From a virus, in IMG/VR virus record IMGVR_UViG_3300045988_046485, positions 1-34,131 of that record: DNA of 34,131 nucleotides; one strand, written 5' to 3'. Both the position numbers and the translations under genes were made by a program. Below are positions 1-6,220 of the stretch, in pieces. Numbering within the stretch: the first letter of the stretch is position 1; every line of letters begins with the position of its first letter. Under the pieces are notes generated by a model. It ran no database searches. It was given only the letters and a program-made list of their open reading frames with translations, and was not told where the DNA came from.

Positions 1-53
1 CTTCTGCCTTTGCAGGTTCTTCTGCCTTTGCAGGTTCTTCTGCCTTTGCAGGT
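1..53. repeat. Terminal overlap identical to 34079-34131, built from the 18-bp tandem unit TCTTCTGCCTTTGCAGGT (2.9 units)
   Basis: Direct comparison of the first and last 53 nt shows they are identical. Because of the 18-bp period, overlaps of 17 or 35 nt are equally self-consistent. Confidence 0.9.
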
Positions 54-325
54 TCGGGCTTCGCTTTCTTCGGGGCTGCGGTCTTTGTCGGTTCGCTAAA
101 CGTAGGCGCTACGGGTTGCGATGGTTCGCTAAACGCTGGCACGGCTGTAGAGGTAGTTTTGCTGACATCTACGGGCTTTTCTTCCTTTTTAGGTGCAACT
201 ATGTGCGTTTCTACCGAAACGTCGTCAGAAGCGCCCGAAAGTAATTCTTTCAACATCTTAGTAACGTTAATAACTTCTTGTTCGTCTCTCCCGTCAAATT
301 CAAATGATAATGTAGTAACTTTCAT
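1..325 (-). CDS. N-terminal part of a wrap-around ORF (about 173 aa after collapsing the end overlap) with a Pro/Ala/Lys/Glu-rich linker containing PAKAEE x3
   Basis: ATG at 325..323 follows the genome-typical leader AAAAACAAAGATTATG. The open frame runs off the window start (MKVTTLSFEFDGRDEQEV...PKKAKPEPAKAEEPAKAEEPAKAE). It continues in frame at 34078 downward only if 1-53 and 34079-34131 are the same sequence. Confidence 0.7.
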   Translation of the reverse strand, partial: MKVTTLSFEFDGRDEQEVINVTKMLKELLSGASDDVSVETHIVAPKKEEKPVDVSKTTSTAVPAFSEPSQPVAPTFSEPTKTAAPKKAKPEPAKAEEPAKAEEPAKAE

Positions 326-356
326 AATCTTTGTTTTTATATGGTTTCTAATTAAT

Positions 357-632
357 TTATGCGTCTTTATACTTTTTGCCCTGCAATATGCGCTCGGCAA
401 CCTGCACGACCATCATGTTATAAAATTCGTTGTACTCGTCGCAGTAGATGTACATGTGTTCGACATCTACCGGGTATTTCACGCCTTCCATTGTCGATAC
501 GTAGTAGGGTAATATAAACCCCTCGAACGTAGGCATGCTCTTTGCCGCTTCGATAACTTCGTACTTGCTGCTTTTAATCGAGGCAGATAGATGCTTTTTA
601 ACTTCTGCGATGATAAACTCTTTCTCTTTCAT
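357..632 (-). CDS. hypothetical early protein (91 aa)
   Basis: ATG at 632 with leader ACAATTTAAAAAGTAGAATTATG, immediately downstream of promoter copy P1. No motif recognised. Confidence 0.75.
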   Translation of the reverse strand: MKEKEFIIAEVKKHLSASIKSSKYEVIEAAKSMPTFEGFILPYYVSTMEGVKYPVDVEHMYIYCDEYNEFYNMMVVQVAERILQGKKYKDA

Positions 633-657
633 AATTCTACTTTTTAAATTGTTGATG

Positions 658-699
658 CAAATATAACGCTTTTATCAATACGTTGGTTCATCCATTAAC
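658..699 (-). promoter_or_regulatory. Early promoter copy P1 (GTTAAT-N28-TATATTTG)
   Basis: Minus strand reads GTTAATGGATGAACCAACGTATTGATAAAAGCGTTATATTTG. The -7 box TAnnTTTG is at 665..658. Geometry matches the five other copies. Confidence 0.65.
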
Positions 700-913
700 G
701 TTTTTTATTATATATTGCTTCCAACATGGGTTGCATGAAGTCATATGTTACGCCCTCGTATTGGTAACTATCAAAATGCCCGTCGTGGCGTACCTCGGTG
801 AAAGGAGCGCTTTGTTCCGTGCCTTTATCGTCTAAGAATATAAGGATGTGGCTTTTCATCTCGAACTTACCGTCTTTAATCGTCTCTCTGAAAATACAGT
901 TAATCGCTTTCAT
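695..913 (-). CDS. hypothetical early protein (72 aa)
   Basis: ATG at 913 with leader GATTAAAAAGTAGAATTATG. First ORF downstream of promoter P2 and the tandem structured leader. Its stop codon lies inside the GTTAAT box of P1. Confidence 0.7.
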   Translation of the reverse strand: MKAINCIFRETIKDGKFEMKSHILIFLDDKGTEQSAPFTEVRHDGHFDSYQYEGVTYDFMQPMLEAIYNKKR

Positions 914-944
914 AATTCTACTTTTTAATCGTTTTATACTTTTT

Positions 945-1145
945 AAAAAACTTCGGTGATTGAATCCCTTTCACTTTTCAATCTTTCCCTTTCGGGTATC
1001 GTGTCCCTGGTTTCGGTGAGGAACAACCTCTGTTTTTTTTTTGTTGTCTTAAGAAAACCCGGTGATTAAATCCCTTTCACTTTTTAATCTTTCCTTTTTC
1101 GGGTTTCGTGCTTTTAGTTTCGGTAAAAAGCAACCTTGTTTCCTT
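945..1145 (-). ncRNA. Tandem pair of ~95-nt structured RNA domains (unit B 1145..1051, unit A 1038..945) in the 5' leader of the 72-aa gene
   Basis: Two homologous units each have three helices whose sequences differ between units but stay complementary. P1 is GCUUUU/AAAAGC versus GUUCCU/AGGGAC. P2 is GAUUAAA/UUUAAUC versus GAUUGAA/UUCAAUC. The closing helix is AAGGAAAC/GUUUUCUU versus AAAAAAC/GUUUUUU. Loops are conserved: YACCGAAACY and AAGUGAAAGGGA. Confidence 0.55.
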
Positions 1146-1154
1146 TTGACATTA

Positions 1155-1196
1155 CAAATATACGGCTTTTATCAATAGGTTGTACATTCCGTTAAC
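1155..1196 (-). promoter_or_regulatory. Early promoter copy P2 (GTTAAC-N28-TATATTTG)
   Basis: Minus strand reads GTTAACGGAATGTACAACCTATTGATAAAAGCCGTATATTTG, followed by GTAATGTCAAAAGGAAA, which is shared with copy P4. The predicted start is about 1147-1149, 2-4 nt before the first RNA helix. Confidence 0.65.
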
Positions 1197-1218
1197 ATTA
1201 TTTAGGAATAAAAGTGCT

Positions 1219-1574
1219 CTGTCTCACTTAAAACGTTGAAAACCAGCCGTTTAAAAAATGAGATTTCATACTGTGCCACCCCTCGAAAATGCGCTGTCTC
1301 ACTTAACGAGCTACAAACCAAGCCGTTACAACGGAAAAAGCCAACTGTGCCAGGTGAGGCTGATGTTTTCCTATAACTTTATTTGGAATATATAAAATAC
1401 TACTATACTACGAATATTTAGTAGAGGGGGTAAATTTCAATAATCACCAAAATAAAGTGTTATACCATTTTCACTGTCTCACCTGGCACACCTCTATAAA
1501 TAACTATAATACAGCAAGTTAAGTGAGACAAAGACTGTGCCACCTAAAAACCGTGCCTGGCACAGTGGCACAGT
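1219..1574. repeat. Non-coding hub R1: iteron cluster, AT-rich core, iteron cluster
   Basis: 9-mers of the family CTGT[GC][CT]CA[CG] or its complement start at 1219, 1271, 1294, 1345, 1474, 1483, 1523, 1535, 1558 and 1566. A 129-nt AT-rich gap holds the conserved block CCAAAATAAAGTGTTATACCATTTT (1447-1471). No ORF of credible length is present. Confidence 0.85.
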
Positions 1575-1583
1575 TTGAGACGC

Positions 1584-1612
1584 AAAAAGGGCACATTCCG
1601 AAGAATGCACCC
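1584..1612 (-). terminator. Rho-independent terminator ending the late (lysis) operon
   Basis: Minus strand reads GGGUGCAUUC-UUCG-GAAUGUGCCC followed by UUUUU, 13 nt after the stop at 1625. Two G-U pairs make the stem perfect only on the minus strand. Confidence 0.85.
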
Positions 1613-1624
1613 TTAAATCGTGTT

Positions 1625-2215
1625 TTACTTAAACTTCACAGCTATGTCTATTTTCATTTTAGTTTTGGGGTTTTTGTTAGAAACGTCATATTCTACCGAC
1701 TTGACGCCCCATCTGAAAAAGAGGAATCGTTTCTTTCTAATTGAGATTACCCCCGTTATCGTGTCCGTACCTTGGTACGAAAGCTCCGTGCTGTCTCCTC
1801 TTTGCTCCGAACGTATCGTGTTCCACGGGTCTCGGTATTCGGCTATCAGCGCACCGTTAATCGTGTCGGTTCTCACAACCTCCTTAATAACGGTCTTTGT
1901 TACTACCTTACTAACTGATAGCGCGTCCTTCAAACGAACGTCAAGCGCTTTCACTTCATTGTATAGGTCTGTGTTCTGCTTCTTTAGCTCCCTCGCGGAT
2001 AGCTCCAAGGCTTTACGCTTCACAGCGGCATCGCCCAGCTTTGATATGTATTGTACTTCGGTTTCGTTCATCGCGTCTATATTCCTATCCAGACGTTCGA
2101 TTTCGGCCTTTTGCTTTTTCACGGTATCTACCAACTTTGATATGATACCAATTACAACCATGATAGCAAAGGCGTATATCATGATTTTCTTTAGGCTACT
2201 CATACTTGATTGCAT
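1625..2215 (-). CDS. membrane-anchored coiled-coil protein, spanin-like lysis accessory (196 aa)
   Basis: N-terminal TM segment IMIYAFAIMVVIGIISKLV is followed by a charged coiled coil and a beta-rich C-terminus. It overlaps the endolysin stop and is the last gene of the lysis cassette. Confidence 0.5.
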   Translation of the reverse strand: MQSSMSSLKKIMIYAFAIMVVIGIISKLVDTVKKQKAEIERLDRNIDAMNETEVQYISKLGDAAVKRKALELSARELKKQNTDLYNEVKALDVRLKDALSVSKVVTKTVIKEVVRTDTINGALIAEYRDPWNTIRSEQRGDSTELSYQGTDTITGVISIRKKRFLFFRWGVKSVEYDVSNKNPKTKMKIDIAVKFK

Positions 2216-2711
2216 TAATACGGTTCATCCATCCCCTGCGGTATTTCTCATTCTTCGGGCGCGCCTTGCAAATCTCGTCGATAAACTTTTTCCGGTCTGC
2301 CTTGATAGTGTCAAACAGCTTTTTAGGGTCTGCCGCGTTGATGGCTGCGATAGTCTTCGCGCCTACCAGCCCATCGGATACAACGCCCAAAAGCTTTTGA
2401 GGCCTTTTAATGCCATGTACCCCCGAAGCCCACACCCAATCTACTACAATATTGGCTACTGATTGGTTTTTAATCTCGTCAGCCCTCCACCTATCCCAGT
2501 ACAACGACTTGAATACGTCATGCCATTCGGCACCCGACATGTTTTTCAAGTCGTTGACGGTAGGTGCTTTAAGGCCCTTTTTCCGTCTGTACTCGGTGAA
2601 CGTACCTATAGTTATGCCCTTGTTGGTTGCACCCCCTAAATCATCGGGGTCATTAACGAAACCGCCTTCCCACTGTAGGATGAACGGTTCTAACTTACTG
2701 CTGTTCGCCAT
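2196..2711 (-). CDS. endolysin, glycoside hydrolase family 108 lysozyme with C-terminal peptidoglycan-binding domain (171 aa)
   Basis: N-terminal motif WEGGFVNDPDDLGGATNKGIT is the GH108 signature. The C-terminus has the PG_binding_3-like ...YRRGWMNRINAI. Confidence 0.9.
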   Translation of the reverse strand: MANSSKLEPFILQWEGGFVNDPDDLGGATNKGITIGTFTEYRRKKGLKAPTVNDLKNMSGAEWHDVFKSLYWDRWRADEIKNQSVANIVVDWVWASGVHGIKRPQKLLGVVSDGLVGAKTIAAINAADPKKLFDTIKADRKKFIDEICKARPKNEKYRRGWMNRINAIKYE

Positions 2712-3207
2712 CTTCTTTCCTTTCTTCTATGGGTATATCATACTCACCGTCTTTAATCTTCTTTTTAAGGCTAAAGTATTTGCTATTGGCAATACTATTC
2801 AATACCTTTATAAATTCATTAGACGGCTGGATAATGCGTAGGTTCTTGGTTATGTTCCTCGCATATATAATAAGGAATATACCCGTGAGACCCTTAATTA
2901 ATATCCGATAATCAATACCGGGTTCCAACATATTACAAGTAAGCGCAACAAAAAACAATATAGCGCTCGTCAAGAATAGCTCCTTAACCGCCTGCATTGT
3001 CTTTTTGTGCTGATACGGTTTGCCCTTTCGGTGGTCTGCGAGATACCCGGCTAACCAGTTTAGGGCGGTCACTATCACAACAATAAATATAAGGTCCCTC
3101 ACATCCGAAACAACTGTCAGAACGGTAACAGCGAAAAACATTCGGAAGTAAGTTTCTAAACTTTCTATCACTTGATAAGACCGATACGCGAATTCTGAAC
3201 TACACAT
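2695..3207 (-). CDS. holin-like multi-pass membrane protein
   Basis: Three or four hydrophobic segments (FFAVTVLTVV.., LIFIVVIVTALNWLAGYL, LFLTSAILFFVALT, LTGIFLIIYA) and a charged C-terminal tail, directly upstream of the endolysin. The track start at 3240 is TTG, so the first ATG (3207) is used; ATG 3141 is also possible. Confidence 0.6.
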   Translation of the reverse strand: MCSSEFAYRSYQVIESLETYFRMFFAVTVLTVVSDVRDLIFIVVIVTALNWLAGYLADHRKGKPYQHKKTMQAVKELFLTSAILFFVALTCNMLEPGIDYRILIKGLTGIFLIIYARNITKNLRIIQPSNEFIKVLNSIANSKYFSLKKKIKDGEYDIPIEERKEDGEQQ

Positions 3208-3599
3208 ACCTTTATAAACCCGTCTTTTTTCATACGGCAAATCAAAGGTTCTAAAAACAAATCGGCTTTGCCCCGTTCGGCCTCAAACCTTTTAACTTTA
3301 CTCGTGTCGGGAACAACTACTGAACCTCCGTACGTCTGAATCTTCATCCCGGTGGTTGTACTGTTTTGGTCGGCAATCTGCAAGTAACGGGCAAAGGCAT
3401 AGTAGCTTATAACCTTTTCCGCGCCTGCGAAGTCGGCACCGTCCGCAATGTACTCGTCCGGGATGGCGTCGTACATCGCCCCCACCTGGGGCAGTATATC
3501 TAATAGGTCGGCCTCAAAGAAGGCCTTCTCTATCTTGTTATCTTTGACGTCCGTCGCTATTTCAAACAGCGTCCGAAACTTCTGTATTGGGTATGCCAT
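3168..3599 (-). CDS. hypothetical virion/morphogenesis protein (about 143 aa)
   Basis: ORF between portal and holin. The start is uncertain (ATG 3617 or 3599), and both overlap the portal 3' end. No motif recognised. Confidence 0.6.
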   Translation of the reverse strand: MAYPIQKFRTLFEIATDVKDNKIEKAFFEADLLDILPQVGAMYDAIPDEYIADGADFAGAEKVISYYAFARYLQIADQNSTTTGMKIQTYGGSVVVPDTSKVKRFEAERGKADLFLEPLICRMKKDGFIKVCVVQNSRIGLIK

Positions 3600-4716
3600 T
3601 TTCAAATTTATTTTCAATTTCAGTTACTGACGGGTCAACCCCGAATACTTGGTATAATTCACGCGAAATACGTTGCCGTACCTTTGCGAGGCTGTTTCTA
3701 TAGATACGTTGCAACTCCTTCATAACTTCACCCGAAGCGTTCGAGAACGTTAACAGCGAGCTATCAATAAGGGGCAATGGGATGTTATAGGCGGCTATCG
3801 CGATATCCTTTCGTAGCGGCTCCACATACGCCTTATACAGCTCCCTATCTATCGGGCTGCCTAGCTGGTCCACCTTGATAAAAGGTTTGTCCGTGGCTAC
3901 GTTCTCATCACGAACGGTAAGGACTGAACCTGCGTTTTCACTACCCATCATTTCGGAAAGAGTATCGCGGAATTCTTGTTGCGCCTGCTCTGTCTCAAAA
4001 TCACCGTGTGAAACAATACTACACATGTGAAAACCACGCCCTAAAGTACGGTTAACGTACCGCCCGTTCTTGTCCTCCGCACCCATCTCGTTACGTACCG
4101 CGTGGAACGTACTGATAGGATAAGGCCGGGTAGTGCTAAGGTTCACGTATAAGAGTTGCCCTTTGTGGTTCTCGATACCTCCGCATTCCTCAACCTCGGC
4201 TGCGAAGCTTTCGGGGTTGAACGTAGGGTAAACAATGGAGTTACCTTTAACACTTGTTGACTTTACGCTCTGTTTCTCCCAGTTGTTGAACACTCGCCAA
4301 CTCTTTACCGTAGGGTCATTCTTATAGTTGTCGTTCATCTCGGCACGAACGTATTCAAACGGAACGTTGTACACGTTTTTGGGCTGGTAGCCTGCTGGCG
4401 TTAAACCATACTGCACTACCCAAGCCCAGCCCTTAAAACGTGCAACATCGTTTGCCGTAGCTTCTAACACATCATTCATGTTACAGCCGTTGTCGTTCGT
4501 CATTTCCGCGAAGTCCTTGTTTTTGAACCCTTCACAGATTATATTCTCCGTCATTTTTTCGACGGCCGCACTCGCTGTCTTTGACGCGTATATGAGTTCG
4601 GCAATTTCCTGCGGATAAAGGTTTCCCTCTCCGTAGTTAATCACTCTATCGCCCGTATTCGCTGAGAGCTTAAGCGCTTTTTCTACTAATAATGCTATTC
4701 GGCTGTAACCAATCAT
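3562..4716 (-). CDS. putative portal protein (384 aa)
   Basis: The segment MMGSENAGSVLTVRDE..KVDQLGSPIDRELYKAYVEPLRKDIAIAAYNIPLPLI resembles the conserved NAG...IA.afgvP core of HK97-type portal proteins. No other ORF in the genome looks portal-like. Confidence 0.55.
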   Translation of the reverse strand: MIGYSRIALLVEKALKLSANTGDRVINYGEGNLYPQEIAELIYASKTASAAVEKMTENIICEGFKNKDFAEMTNDNGCNMNDVLEATANDVARFKGWAWVVQYGLTPAGYQPKNVYNVPFEYVRAEMNDNYKNDPTVKSWRVFNNWEKQSVKSTSVKGNSIVYPTFNPESFAAEVEECGGIENHKGQLLYVNLSTTRPYPISTFHAVRNEMGAEDKNGRYVNRTLGRGFHMCSIVSHGDFETEQAQQEFRDTLSEMMGSENAGSVLTVRDENVATDKPFIKVDQLGSPIDRELYKAYVEPLRKDIAIAAYNIPLPLIDSSLLTFSNASGEVMKELQRIYRNSLAKVRQRISRELYQVFGVDPSVTEIENKFENGIPNTEVSDAV

Positions 4717-4720
4717 GATG

Positions 4721-5071
4721 CTATTCTTTATTAATTTCTACAAAACAATCTGCGTAGGCTGGGTTCTCCTTCATAAGTCGTTCGGCTATCTCGTCTGTCA
4801 TGTTCGCGCTCTTATACACGACACCATCGACGTAATGCACGATACGGGCACCCGGTTTCATCGCCCACTTATAGACGATTTTAGCCAGATACTTCGTTTC
4901 ATACCACAAAGATAAAAATTCCATATCCATATGGCAATTAGTATCAAGTTTTAGACCCGTCATTGTATAATACGCATCTAATTTCTCTTGTAATGTTACT
5001 TCCTTTGGTTGAGTAACTTCCGGGTCAGTGCTTTCGCCCTGCCCGGTAATGTTAGTTAATTCTTCGCTCAT
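4721..5071 (-). CDS. hypothetical protein (116 aa)
   Basis: ATG 5071, tightly packed between paralog 3 and the portal. No motif recognised. Confidence 0.7.
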   Translation of the reverse strand: MSEELTNITGQGESTDPEVTQPKEVTLQEKLDAYYTMTGLKLDTNCHMDMEFLSLWYETKYLAKIVYKWAMKPGARIVHYVDGVVYKSANMTDEIAERLMKENPAYADCFVEINKE

Positions 5072-5087
5072 TTTCTTTTCGATTTAA

Positions 5088-5645
5088 TTAGGGTACCTGG
5101 GGTGTATATGGGGTTGAAAGCGCGTCGTAATCCTCTTTTGCCATGTTGTGGATAGTCGTGCCTACCTGCCAATCTTCAACGCCATATGTATATGTGAAAT
5201 AGTCGCTCGCCGTAGAATCCCCCACAAGTTCAGTACAAACCAAGGGAGCGCCCAAACCGTAGACCTTAACCTTTCCCGATACGTGTTCTACTGCAATGAC
5301 GAGTTCTGCGCGTGCCATAAGGTCTACTACGCGCATCGGTTCGGTTGACGTTGTGTTTACGAGCATACTAAAATTCTTAAACGTAACCGATACATCGTAA
5401 GCACCAGGCATAATGTCCTGCGATTTAAGACCTACCGTGACGGTAAGCGCGTTATTAACCGCCGTTACATTGTATCCCACTGCCCCAGCCACACGAGTAA
5501 TAGTCGCCACGCCCCCAATTACCGTAAAACTCGCAATATCAGAAGCATTAATAAGCTTTGCCGATATTGGGCTACCCATGTCCGAGGGGTTTGGAGCACC
5601 GCACGGCAGCGTCAAGTTGCCTCCAATTTTTCCTATACATGCCAT
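5088..5645 (-). CDS. virion structural protein, paralog 3 of 3 (185 aa), possibly tail-tube-like
   Basis: Starts MACIGKIGGNLTLPC. It shares the N-terminal C-x11-C, DIASFTV and G..Y....N.L.V blocks with the two upstream ORFs. Confidence 0.7.
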   Translation of the reverse strand: MACIGKIGGNLTLPCGAPNPSDMGSPISAKLINASDIASFTVIGGVATITRVAGAVGYNVTAVNNALTVTVGLKSQDIMPGAYDVSVTFKNFSMLVNTTSTEPMRVVDLMARAELVIAVEHVSGKVKVYGLGAPLVCTELVGDSTASDYFTYTYGVEDWQVGTTIHNMAKEDYDALSTPYTPQVP

Positions 5646-5676
5646 ATTATTTTTTCCTTTCTTTTTTAGTTAATTA

Positions 5677-6216
5677 TTAGCTAAGTGCTGCAGTATAAAG
5701 AGCGTCATACACGGTTGCTATGGCCAGTATGTTATCTTCCCCAATAACATTTTCGGGTGTCTCCAGCGTTGCGGTAGTCCATCCTCCGTTATCGTGCGAA
5801 CTGCTTTCGGACGCGGTGGCATATAGACCGTAATACAATCCGTAGACGTACGCGCCAGCCACACCGGGGCGTGCCGCCAAAACAACGAACGAGCCGTTAG
5901 TTAACGCGGCTTGTAAAGCCCGGCATGTGGAATCTGCCGCGCGCGTTATAGTCAGCGATGCCGAGTGCGTGTAGGCGTTCGGCGCGCCCTCGTTTACTTT
6001 TAGAGTTGACGAAACAACAAGCGAGCGCTTAACGGTGTCAATTCGGTAGGCTTTTGCCCCCTGAGCTAGGGTAATAGCGGTAACTGCGTTGTTTGCACTG
6101 TCCACGGTAAAACTCGCGATATCCGCTTTATTAATGATAATAGCGCTAACTAAACCAGTCGCGCCCGTGTCGCAATCATAGGCAATTGCGTTTGCCAATT
6201 TTGTAATACATGCCAT
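5677..6216 (-). CDS. virion structural protein, paralog 2 of 3 (179 aa)
   Basis: Starts MACITKLANAIAYDC and contains ADIASFTV. Clearly homologous to 5088-5645 and 6221-6754. Confidence 0.7.
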   Translation of the reverse strand: MACITKLANAIAYDCDTGATGLVSAIIINKADIASFTVDSANNAVTAITLAQGAKAYRIDTVKRSLVVSSTLKVNEGAPNAYTHSASLTITRAADSTCRALQAALTNGSFVVLAARPGVAGAYVYGLYYGLYATASESSSHDNGGWTTATLETPENVIGEDNILAIATVYDALYTAALS

Positions 6217-6220
6217 ATCT

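Noticed and set aside
1219-1574. A CRISPR array or tRNA/tmRNA gene in the two large non-coding regions.
   Set aside because: The repeats are only 9-16 nt, irregularly spaced and in both orientations, so there is no repeat-spacer periodicity. I found no cloverleaf-compatible sequence or GTTCGAATC-type T-loop anywhere I looked in the window.
1620-2462. Long plus-strand ORFs: 1620-2462, 9562-9831, 10189-10833, 15597-15962, 26186-26905, 32798-33577, and all other plus-strand track entries.
   Set aside because: Each lies antisense to a minus-strand ORF with recognisable family motifs or tight operon packing. The products are low-complexity (Ser/Ala/Leu/Cys-rich), and none has the A-rich leader seen before real genes. 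They are open only because of codon bias on the opposite strand.
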